64,000 nucleotides of DNA from the NCBI GenBank assembly GCA_018818405.1, contig JAHIRY010000047.1, positions 2,053 through 66,052 of the forward strand, read 5' to 3'. The notes below the pieces were generated by a model, which ran no database searches, was not told the DNA's origin, and saw only the letters and a list, made by a program, of their open reading frames with translations. How positions within the stretch are numbered: the first letter of the stretch is position 1; each line of letters begins with the position of its first letter. Position numbers and translations under genes: made by a program. Shown one piece after another: positions 47,384-55,313 of the stretch. This DNA is from Patescibacteria group bacterium (GTDB lineage Bacteria > Patescibacteriota > Patescibacteriia > UBA11705 > JABHMO01).

Positions 47384-48787
47384 ATGATGAGAAATTATAA
47401 AATTTTAAAAATGCTGGCCATCGGATGGTTGGTTTTTTTTGTTGCCGGAGCGGCCGAAGCGGCTGACAAGCAAAATGTTGATTTTGAGATTTATTCGGGC
47501 GATGATTTAACTTTTGAGAAATCTTTGGATATTATTCCCGATGATTTTGGCGGTTCGGCGAGAATAGCTTTGGTAAACGGGAAAAATGAGAAAAATATCG
47601 CGGTCAGTTTCGGCAATCAGGAAAAACCGGAAGTCCGCGTTATTGACAATGACGGCAATTTGATCAGCCGTTTCAATCCTTTTGCAGCCGGATTTACCGG
47701 TGAGATTGCACTTTGCTCGGCTGATCTGGACCATGACGGCAGCGATGAAATTATTGTCGGCGCGGGAGCGGGAGGCGGACCGCAAGTCAGAATTTTCGAT
47801 ATTAATGGAAATTTGAAAAAAGATTCGGATTTTTGGGCGTATGATGAAAATTATCGGAAAGGAATCGAAGTAGCTGCCGGCGATATCAATGGAGACGGCT
47901 ACAAGGAAATCATTGTCAGCCTGATTCACGGCGACAATCAAGGTTTGTTGAGATTTTTCGATCGATTCGGAAAACAAGTTTCAGATGAAGTTGTTTTTGA
48001 TATGAAAAATGTGTTTGAACCGGCAAAAGTCGGCGCATTGGATTTGGGAAGCGATGGAATCGAAGAAATCTTTCTTGCTGCCGGAGCCGGCAATGAGCCG
48101 AAGATGAAGATAATCAGAAAAGACGGTTCTGTGATAAATGAATTTTTGGTTTATAATGAAAATTTTCTCGGCGGCGTTAATTTCACTGTTTTAAAGGAGA
48201 ATAATGAAAATTTGATTATTACCGGAGCGGGCTTTAGCGGAGATTCTCATATTCGATTTTTCGATACATTCGGCAGAACGAAGAAAGATTCGAAATTTTT
48301 CAGCTATGAAAAAGGAATCCGCGGCGGAGTCAATGTCGCGTACGGAGATATTGACGGAGACGAAAAGTCCGAATTGATCGCGGTTCCTCAGCAGTTGACG
48401 AATGATAATGAAAAATTATTGTACAAATATATTGACATTGATATTTCCGAGCAGAAATTGAGTTATTATGAAAAAGGCAGGCTCATTGATGAATTTGCGG
48501 TTTCCACCGGCACCTGGACAATGCCGACGCCGTTCGGAGTTTTCGCGATTTGGCAAAAGTCGCCGCTCGCTTATTCCGCGAAATACTCATTGTTCATGCC
48601 ATGGTGGATGTCTTTCAAACCGGGCTATGGAATTCATGAGTTGCCCGAGTGGGCTGATGGAACAAAAGAAGGAGCAAATCACCTGGGAATGCGCGTTTCG
48701 CACGGTTGTGTGCGGCTGGGAATCGGAGCGGCAAAAAAATTGTATGATTGGGCGCCGATGGGAACTTTGGTGTTTATTCATGAATAA
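47384..48787 (+). CDS. L,D-transpeptidase (YkuD domain) with N-terminal FG-GAP/VCBS-like repeats
   Basis: C-terminal catalytic HLGMRVSHGCVRLGIGAAKKLYDW. Four or more DxDxDG-type repeats (DLDHDGSDEII, DINGDGYKEII, DLGSDGIEEIF, DIDGDEKSELI). Signal peptide after the ATG at 47384. Confidence 0.75.
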   Translation: MMRNYKILKMLAIGWLVFFVAGAAEAADKQNVDFEIYSGDDLTFEKSLDIIPDDFGGSARIALVNGKNEKNIAVSFGNQEKPEVRVIDNDGNLISRFNPFAAGFTGEIALCSADLDHDGSDEIIVGAGAGGGPQVRIFDINGNLKKDSDFWAYDENYRKGIEVAAGDINGDGYKEIIVSLIHGDNQGLLRFFDRFGKQVSDEVVFDMKNVFEPAKVGALDLGSDGIEEIFLAAGAGNEPKMKIIRKDGSVINEFLVYNENFLGGVNFTVLKENNENLIITGAGFSGDSHIRFFDTFGRTKKDSKFFSYEKGIRGGVNVAYGDIDGDEKSELIAVPQQLTNDNEKLLYKYIDIDISEQKLSYYEKGRLIDEFAVSTGTWTMPTPFGVFAIWQKSPLAYSAKYSLFMPWWMSFKPGYGIHELPEWADGTKEGANHLGMRVSHGCVRLGIGAAKKLYDWAPMGTLVFIHE

Positions 48788-48795
48788 GATTTAAT

Positions 48796-49197
48796 ATGTT
48801 TTTATTGATTTCCACGGAAAATACAACTCATTTCTCTGTTGCAGCGGGCAATGAAGCGATTGAAAAAATTAAAATTGTAAAAAAGCAATACAAACATTCA
48901 GAGCTTTTATTGAAAACAATAAATGAATTGGGACATGAAAAATGGCAAGCGATTTTCGTTGTCGCCGGTTCGGGAGCTTTTTCCGCGCTCAGAATAGGAA
49001 TCGCCACGGCAAACGCGTTTTCTTTTGCCTTGAAAATTCCGGTTGTCGGCGTGAAGATTGAAAAAGATTGGAATTATTCGGATGAAAAAGAAAAAATGGA
49101 AAAAGTTTGGAGCGCGGCAGTTGCTGAATTGAAAAGGAAAAAGAAAAAAGCGGATTTTGTTATACCGTTTTATGATAAGGAACCGAATATTACGTGA
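48796..49197 (+). CDS. tsaB: TsaB (YeaZ)-like N-terminal domain protein, truncated
   Basis: VVAGSGAFSALRIGIATANAFSFALKIPVVGV matches the TsaB GPGSFTGLRIG motif. Only 133 aa. Confidence 0.55.
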   Translation: MFLLISTENTTHFSVAAGNEAIEKIKIVKKQYKHSELLLKTINELGHEKWQAIFVVAGSGAFSALRIGIATANAFSFALKIPVVGVKIEKDWNYSDEKEKMEKVWSAAVAELKRKKKKADFVIPFYDKEPNIT

Positions 49198-49198
49198 T

Positions 49199-50184
49199 TT
49201 TTTCAGGGAGCAATTAGCAAGGAGCAGGGAGCACTACTCATGTATCATATAACATGTAGCATGTAACAAAAATCGATATTGAAATCCTGAATTTCGTAGA
49301 GGCGCAAAATCTTGCGTCTGCGATTCAATTAAAATGAAATTCTAACAAAAAACCGTCCGGAGAATTATCCGGACGGGGAGCGAGCGATGCGGTTTAGCCA
49401 AGGCTGACCGCATTTTTTGCGATATTGCGGGCAACTGAATCGAGTACGAGACTAACGACTAAATGTTTGCAAGTTTCAGCGAGTTGACGCAAAAAAGCGG
49501 CTCTTTCATGATTGCGCGAATCTCTCAGTACTTCGAGCGCGTCAATCAAATTGGCGCATTGCCTCGGATAATCGACAGAACTTTGAGAAATTTCATTGAG
49601 ACGCAAAATCGTTTCTTCCACCAGATTTTGCGCTTCCTGATATTTGTCGGCCATAATGTCCCTCCGTTGTTCGTCCCTTCTAATAATAAATTTAACATCA
49701 GCCGGCATATTTTGTCAATTTATAATTTGCTTGTGATTTAGTATTTCGAATTTATAATTTGTAATTTATGATTTCGAGCTTGTTTAGAATTTCGAATTTA
49801 GGATTTAGTATTTGGAATTTGTCCCGCAGCGTGCGGGATCCCGCTCACAGCGGCGATTTAGTATTTCGGATTTAGGATTTCACCAGTGTTCCCTGATTAG
49901 TGCTCCTTGTTCCTTGCCGTAGGTTGCTGCCACCGCAGCGTGCGGGGTTCCGCTCACAGCGGGACGAATTCGCCACCGCAGCGTGCGGGGTCCCGTCTCA
50001 CAGCGGGACGAATCATCACTAATTCTCCACCGCAGCGTGCGGGATCCCGCCCGCGGCGGGACGAATTATAATTTCGCAATTTAAGATTCATATTTTGTTA
50101 CATGCGAAGTGCTCCCTGCTCCCTGCTGATTGCTCCCTGCCAAGTGCTCCTTGCTCCCTGTTCAAAAAATCTGGGGATAAACGT
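49199..50184. repeat. Mosaic intergenic repeat region R1 upstream of the mraZ promoter
   Basis: The modules, in both orientations, are a GC hairpin unit (ccaccgcagcgtgcgggg.cccgctcacagcggg, tandem x4 at 49930..50068 plus one at 49822), agggagcac/gtgctccctg units (49203-49240, 49884-49915, 50108-50160), a catgtagcatgtaaca unit (49240-49270) and AT-rich (a)aatcctaaat/tttaggatt units (49737-49880). Confidence 0.75.
49394..49654 (-). CDS. Hypothetical 86-aa helical protein embedded in repeat region R1
   Basis: SD GGAGG lies 6 nt upstream of the ATG at 49652-49654. A dedicated minus-strand terminator (ccgtccggagaattatccggacgg plus U-run) follows the stop. The track ORF extends to 49708 without an SD. 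Confidence 0.5.
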   Translation of the reverse strand: MADKYQEAQNLVEETILRLNEISQSSVDYPRQCANLIDALEVLRDSRNHERAAFLRQLAETCKHLVVSLVLDSVARNIAKNAVSLG

Positions 50185-50185
50185 G

Positions 50186-50214
50186 TTGACGCGTGTCACT
50201 CGGTGGAATATAAT
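50186..50214 (+). promoter_or_regulatory. mraZ (Pmra) promoter, TTGACG-17-TATAAT
   Basis: ttgacgcgtgtcactcggtggaatataat. Confidence 0.6.
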
Positions 50215-50222
50215 GGAGCTAG

Positions 50223-50248
50223 AGTGAACGAAAGTGGGGAGAAGTGGA
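50223..50248 (+). promoter_or_regulatory. Candidate MraZ operator: three direct repeats AGTG(A/G)(A/G) at 10-bp spacing
   Basis: agtgaacgaa agtggggaga agtggagc immediately downstream of the -10, as in known MraZ-box arrangements. Confidence 0.5.
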
Positions 50249-50298
50249 GCATTCCTCAAATTATTTTTTGTTATCTTTTTTTCATTCATTTAGCAAAT

Positions 50299-50730
50299 AT
50301 GTTTATTGGCGAATACAATTATTCTGTTGATGAAAAAGGCAGAATTGCTATTCCCGCGAAATTTAGGGCAGCACTATCAAAAGGCGCGGTTGTGACGCGC
50401 GGACTTGATAACTGTCTTTTTGTTTATACCAAGACCGAATGGACATTGCTGGCTGAGAAATTATCAGCCCTTCCCATAGGCCAGGCGAATTCCCGCGCTT
50501 TTTCCAGATTGATGCTGGCCGGCGCAATGGATGTGAAGCCTGATAAACAGGGGAGAGTGATGCTGCCGGATTATCTCAGAAAATTCGCTGATGTGAAAAA
50601 GAAAGTTGTTATTGCCGGACTTTATAACAGACTTGAAATTTGGGATGAAGAACGATGGGATTCATACAAGAAAGAAACCGAAAAAGCGAGCAATGATATT
50701 GCGGAAAAATTAGGCGATCTCGGTGTTTAG
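50299..50730 (+). CDS. mraZ: Transcriptional regulator MraZ
   Basis: Two DXXXR-containing MraZ repeats (SVDEKGRIAIPAKFR and KPDKQGRVMLPDYLR). The start is the ATG at 50299. The upstream track-ORF extension translates repeat DNA. Confidence 0.9.
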   Translation: MFIGEYNYSVDEKGRIAIPAKFRAALSKGAVVTRGLDNCLFVYTKTEWTLLAEKLSALPIGQANSRAFSRLMLAGAMDVKPDKQGRVMLPDYLRKFADVKKKVVIAGLYNRLEIWDEERWDSYKKETEKASNDIAEKLGDLGV

Positions 50731-50747
50731 AAAAATGAATATTTTAT

Positions 50748-51677
50748 ATGATAATGCACAAACCCGTATTAGTTGATGAAGTCATGAAATTCCTCGATCC
50801 GAAGAAGAATGAGAATTTTGTGGATTGCACGGTCGGAGGCGGAGGACACGCGAAAAAAATATTGGAAATGACCAAGCCTGATGGAAAATTGCTCGGACTG
50901 GACTGGGATCCGCAGGCGATCGAACGGGCGAAGACAAGATTGAGTTCATTCAAAAAAAGAGCGATTCTGGTAAATTCTTCTTACACCGCAATAAAAGAAA
51001 TTGCGGAAAGAGAAAAATTTCAGCCGATTGCCGGAGTATTGCTGGATCTGGGTTTGTCTTCCGATCAATTGCAGGCGAGCGGACGCGGATTTTCTTTTCA
51101 GACGAATGAGATATTGGATATGCGATTTTCTCCGGATGACACTCAGACTCAAGCGAAAGATATTCTGAATGATTGGCCGGAAGAAAAAATACGGGAAATT
51201 CTCTGGAAAAACGGAGATGAAAAATTCGCCAGAAGAATCGCAGCGGGAATAATCGAATATCGAAAAACAAAAAAAATAGAAACAACCTTGCAATTGGTTG
51301 ATATCATAATTCACGCGGTGCCGAGACAAAAGACGAGGATTCATCCGGCAACGCAAACATTTCAGGCGCTTCGCATCGCGGTAAACAATGAATTCAATAA
51401 TATCCGAATAGGATTGCGGGACATTCTGGATATTCTGGAGCCGGGCGGGAAGATTTCGGTAATTACATTTCATTCATTGGAAGATCGAATCGTAAAACAT
51501 TTGTTCAAGCGGGAAAGCGTTGATTGCGTGTGCGAGCCGGAAATGCCGGTGTGCCAGTGCGGACACAAAGCGCAAATAAAATTGATTACAAAAAAACCGA
51601 TATTGCCCGGCGCGGAAGAAATTTCCGAAAATTTCCGCAGCCGTTCGGCAAAATTAAGAGTAGCGGAAAAAATATAA
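50748..51677 (+). CDS. rsmH: 16S rRNA m4C1402 methyltransferase RsmH (MraW)
   Basis: HKPVLVDEV start, SAM-binding DCTVGGGGHA, 309 aa. Confidence 0.9.
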   Translation: MIMHKPVLVDEVMKFLDPKKNENFVDCTVGGGGHAKKILEMTKPDGKLLGLDWDPQAIERAKTRLSSFKKRAILVNSSYTAIKEIAEREKFQPIAGVLLDLGLSSDQLQASGRGFSFQTNEILDMRFSPDDTQTQAKDILNDWPEEKIREILWKNGDEKFARRIAAGIIEYRKTKKIETTLQLVDIIIHAVPRQKTRIHPATQTFQALRIAVNNEFNNIRIGLRDILDILEPGGKISVITFHSLEDRIVKHLFKRESVDCVCEPEMPVCQCGHKAQIKLITKKPILPGAEEISENFRSRSAKLRVAEKI

Positions 51678-51702
51678 AAAACAAAAACAAAACAAAAAAA
51701 TT

Positions 51703-52050
51703 ATGACATGTTATTCACCATGCAACGGGAAAATTTTCAATCATAATGAAAATTATACAATGACAAAGGCGACAAAAAAAATAAGCATGATTATTCTCGG
51801 CGCTTTGATTGTCGGTTCGATCGGCGCTTATCTTTTTGAAGTCAATAGAATCGCGGCTCAGGGTTTTCAAATCCGCGAATTGGAAAATCAAATTTATTCA
51901 ATGCAAGAGGAAAATGAAAAGCTGAGCATTCAAATGGTGGAAATGCAATCAATGTCAGCAGTGGAAAGCAGAATAGAAAATATGGCAATGATTCCGGTCG
52001 ATAATATCGCTTATTATGATTCAGCCAGTCCGGTTGTCGCGAGAAAATAA
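51703..52050 (+). CDS. ftsL: FtsL-like cell division protein
   Basis: Small bitopic protein with a TM helix (ISMIILGALIVGSIGAYLF) and a coiled coil, after rsmH. The start may be the internal ATG near 51760. Confidence 0.5.
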   Translation: MTCYSPCNGKIFNHNENYTMTKATKKISMIILGALIVGSIGAYLFEVNRIAAQGFQIRELENQIYSMQEENEKLSIQMVEMQSMSAVESRIENMAMIPVDNIAYYDSASPVVARK

Positions 52051-52158
52051 AATTTAAAATTTTGAAAACGCTCTGGTTGAGCGTTTTTTTTTGTTGGAAA
52101 CAATGTAGGTTGGACAAACCGTTTGCGGAAAAACAAAGAACGGATTTTTCACTAGTGT

Positions 52159-53070
52159 TTAGATGTTTCTACGTTTTTTATCTGCGATTTCCTGTTTTAA
52201 TTCTGTAATATCGATATGAGCGATTTCTTTGATAATGGCGCGTAATTCTGATGAAAGATTTTTTTTGTCCGATTCACCGCCGGAAAATTTTTTGGTTGTC
52301 AGCTTACCTTCGTCTTCTGTGACTCCGATCATGTGCGGTTGTTTGAACCACGGAATTTGCAGCGCAGGTTTTTTATATCGCTGATTGAAGAAATGTACGC
52401 CAAATATTTCAGATTGAGGATACGCCTGCGCAAATACCGCTGCGGTCGCCCGCAAAGTTTCTCCTGTCATCAAAAGTTCATCAATGATAAGTACTTTTTT
52501 TTGCAGCTTTTTGCCGTAGCGAGAACGGATTTTCTCTATCAAATCCGGATGTTTTGCTACAATAGCCAGCCAAATTTTGGGAATGTTTTTTTTTGACAGC
52601 CAAATATCATCATCAATCGCCGTTCCTTCCGCAAAATTATTTTTTTTCCAAAACCATTCATCATCTTCGGTATACGATTTTTTTTCAATTTCGTCGAGTG
52701 ATTTATACATTGCTTCACCTTCTTCGGACATTTCTTCAATGATTGTTTTTTTTCCGCGAACCTCCATTGTTCCCATGTCAATATATTTTATCTTTGGATC
52801 GCTTTGTTTGTTGTTCCAGCGTTCTTGAAACAGCCAGGACAGCGGTCTCGCGCTCTTGTCTAGGAAGATTAATTCTTCAATGCCGCTGTTTTTTATTTGT
52901 TCAATAAGTTGGTCGATTCTTTCCACCAATTCCAGCCGCCATTCGGGATTCATCAATCTTGAATACGCAAACGGCTCAGCTGATTTCATGGTGGATTTTG
53001 ATTCTTCATCTTTTTTCGGTTCATTGTTTTGGGTGCTGATTCCTGCAAATTTTTCACTTGGAATTGTCAT
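52159..53070 (-). CDS. Phosphoribosyltransferase-domain protein with a roughly 150-aa unknown N-terminal region
   Basis: PRPP-binding motif VLIIDELLMTGETLRA. Minus strand, interrupting the dcw cluster. Confidence 0.5.
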   Translation of the reverse strand: MTIPSEKFAGISTQNNEPKKDEESKSTMKSAEPFAYSRLMNPEWRLELVERIDQLIEQIKNSGIEELIFLDKSARPLSWLFQERWNNKQSDPKIKYIDMGTMEVRGKKTIIEEMSEEGEAMYKSLDEIEKKSYTEDDEWFWKKNNFAEGTAIDDDIWLSKKNIPKIWLAIVAKHPDLIEKIRSRYGKKLQKKVLIIDELLMTGETLRATAAVFAQAYPQSEIFGVHFFNQRYKKPALQIPWFKQPHMIGVTEDEGKLTTKKFSGGESDKKNLSSELRAIIKEIAHIDITELKQEIADKKRRNI

Positions 53071-53297
53071 ATTTTTTTAGAAGATTACTGGCGTAAGATT
53101 TTGCGCGCCTATCTTGAATTGTTTAACGGAGGTCTTCGCAAAAGCATTGTCCGGATTCATCTTTTTTCCATCTTTGCCAAGCGGGCGACTGTCCCTGTAA
53201 TGTATTATAGCCTTTATTTTAACTGGAAACAAAACCTTGAAAAATTTGGCTAAATATATTATAATGTTGGACAAGGAATTAATCAATTTGATGCATT

Positions 53298-54407
53298 ATG
53301 TATAAAGTGTTGAACAAGAAGGGAAAAGCCCGCAGAGGAACATTGCAGACCGCTCACGGCCTTGTGGAAACGCCTTGCTTTATGCCGATCGCGACCAAGG
53401 GAAATGTAAAAGCCATTTCAGTTGAAGATCTGAAAAAGCTTGATCCGGCGGTGATACTGGGAAACACATATCATCTCATGCTCCGGCCCGGAGAAGAGGA
53501 AATCGCTCAGCTCGGCGGAATGCATCGGCTGATGAATTGGCGCAAACCGATTTTGACCGATAGCGGCGGATTTCAGGTTTTTTCTCTGGCAAAGATCAGA
53601 AAGCTTAATGAAGAAGGCGTTATTTTCAATTCCCATATCAATGGAAAAGAATTTTTTCTTTCGCCTGAAAACGCGATTAACATTCAATTTGCCATCGGTT
53701 CGGACATTATGATGGTTCTCGATGAATGCGTGAAATTGCCGGCTGAACGGAAATATTTGCTGGAATCAGTGGAAATGACGACTCGCTGGGCGAAGCGTTG
53801 CAAGGAAAAATTTGAGAGCGAATTGGAAAAGAAAAATATTATTGGAAATAAACCGCTTTTGTTCGGAATTGTTCAGGGCGGATTGGAAAAAGATTTGAGA
53901 ATGAAAAGCGCGAATGAATTGGAGGAAATAGGTTTTGACGGTTATGCGATCGGCGGACTTTCAGTGGGCGAGAGTGAACTGGAAATGTATGAAGTGTTGG
54001 ATTATGTTGCGCCGGAATTGCCGGAAGATAAACCGCGATATTTGATGGGCGTCGGTTATCCTCATCAAATTGTGGAAGCTGTGAAAAGAGGAATCGATAT
54101 GTTTGATTGCGTTATCCCGACGAGAGAAGCCAGACACGGCCGTTTGTATTTCATGAAGAGGGAAGAATGGAAAATGGAAGATAGTGAAAAATTTTATCAA
54201 ACGATAAATATCACTTCCGAAAAGTTCAAATTAGATCAAACGCCGATCAACGAAAAAAGTTCATTTGATGAATTGAAAAATTATTCCAGAGCTTATTTGC
54301 GCAATTTGTTTGTCAATAACGATCCGGCGGCCATGCGGCTGGCGACATTGAACAATCTGGAATTTTATTTGAATTTGATGAAAGAAATCAGAACACAATT
54401 GAGTTGA
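53298..54407 (+). CDS. tgt: Queuine tRNA-ribosyltransferase
   Basis: GTLQTAHGLVETPCFMPIATKG N-terminus, DSGGFQ and LMGVGYP motifs, 369 aa. Confidence 0.9.
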   Translation: MYKVLNKKGKARRGTLQTAHGLVETPCFMPIATKGNVKAISVEDLKKLDPAVILGNTYHLMLRPGEEEIAQLGGMHRLMNWRKPILTDSGGFQVFSLAKIRKLNEEGVIFNSHINGKEFFLSPENAINIQFAIGSDIMMVLDECVKLPAERKYLLESVEMTTRWAKRCKEKFESELEKKNIIGNKPLLFGIVQGGLEKDLRMKSANELEEIGFDGYAIGGLSVGESELEMYEVLDYVAPELPEDKPRYLMGVGYPHQIVEAVKRGIDMFDCVIPTREARHGRLYFMKREEWKMEDSEKFYQTINITSEKFKLDQTPINEKSSFDELKNYSRAYLRNLFVNNDPAAMRLATLNNLEFYLNLMKEIRTQLS

Positions 54408-54434
54408 AATATCGGAAATTTATTATTTAAAGAA

Positions 54435-55181
54435 ATGTTTATGTTTTATTATGTGTTTTTCGCGGCGCTGTTCATCTTTATGATCAGCTTGCGCCAGGTG
54501 AATCAGTTTGAACGCGGCTTGTTGTTTACAATGGGAAGATTCAGCCGGATAAAAGAACCGGGCTGGCGGGTTGTTCTGCCGATTTTCCAGAGCATGACAA
54601 AAGTTGATATGCGCACCAAAGCGGTGGATGTTCCCGATCAAAAGGCGATCACAAAAGACAATATCGCAGTGACGGTGAACGCGGTTATTTATTATAAAGT
54701 CGCAGACTCGATGAAAGCGATTTTGGAAGTGGAAAATTTCTTTTATGCTGTTTCTCAGCTCGCGCAAACAACCATGAGAAATGTGGTGGGCGAGGTGGAA
54801 TTGGATGATTTACTGGGACAGCGCGACAATATTTCCGAACGAATCAGAAATATCGTTGACGCGGCCACTGATGATTGGGGAATCCGCGTTGACAATGTGG
54901 AATTGAAAGATGTTTCTTTGCCGCCGGAAATGGAGCGAACGATCGCCAAGCAGGCAGAGGCTGAGCGCGAACGCCGAGCGGTGATTATCAAGGCTGAAGG
55001 CGAGATGATGGCAGCGGAAAATATGGGAAAAGCAGCGGACATTTTGAATCAATCTCCGGGCGCTTTGCATTTGAGAACATTGCAATCCATCAATGATATC
55101 AGCTCTGATCAATCGAATACGGTTGTTTTCGCCGTTCCGCTGGAAGTTTTGCGGGCGATTGAAAGTTTCAAAAAACAATAA
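54435..55181 (+). CDS. SPFH/band-7 (stomatin-prohibitin-like) membrane protein
   Basis: N-terminal TM segment then the SPFH domain (ERGLLFTMGRF...VDMRTKAVDVPDQKAITKDNI). Confidence 0.8.
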   Translation: MFMFYYVFFAALFIFMISLRQVNQFERGLLFTMGRFSRIKEPGWRVVLPIFQSMTKVDMRTKAVDVPDQKAITKDNIAVTVNAVIYYKVADSMKAILEVENFFYAVSQLAQTTMRNVVGEVELDDLLGQRDNISERIRNIVDAATDDWGIRVDNVELKDVSLPPEMERTIAKQAEAERERRAVIIKAEGEMMAAENMGKAADILNQSPGALHLRTLQSINDISSDQSNTVVFAVPLEVLRAIESFKKQ

Positions 55182-55313
55182 TCAAAGAAAAACAAGCGGT
55201 GAAAAACCGCTTGTTTTTTGTTTGCGCGAAAATGTCGAATCTTTATTATTCGAGTGAATTTTGCTATAATCAAAACAATAAAAGCTGATTAAATCAATGA
55301 GTTTTGTTTAATT

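Noticed and set aside
49930-50070. Four tandem 43-54-nt GC-rich direct repeats that superficially resemble a CRISPR array
   Set aside because: The units abut with only 0-10 nt between them. There are no unique spacers of 25-40 nt, no leader and no cas genes nearby. The same unit occurs singly and inverted at other loci. I classify it as a REP/BIME-like repeat instead.
50095-50298. N-terminal 68-aa extension of the mraZ track ORF (MLHAKCSLLPADCSLPSAPCSLFKK...)
   Set aside because: It is a translation of the gtgctccctg repeat modules and the promoter region. The Pmra -35/-10 and MraZ box lie inside it. The conserved MraZ sequence starts at the ATG at 50299.
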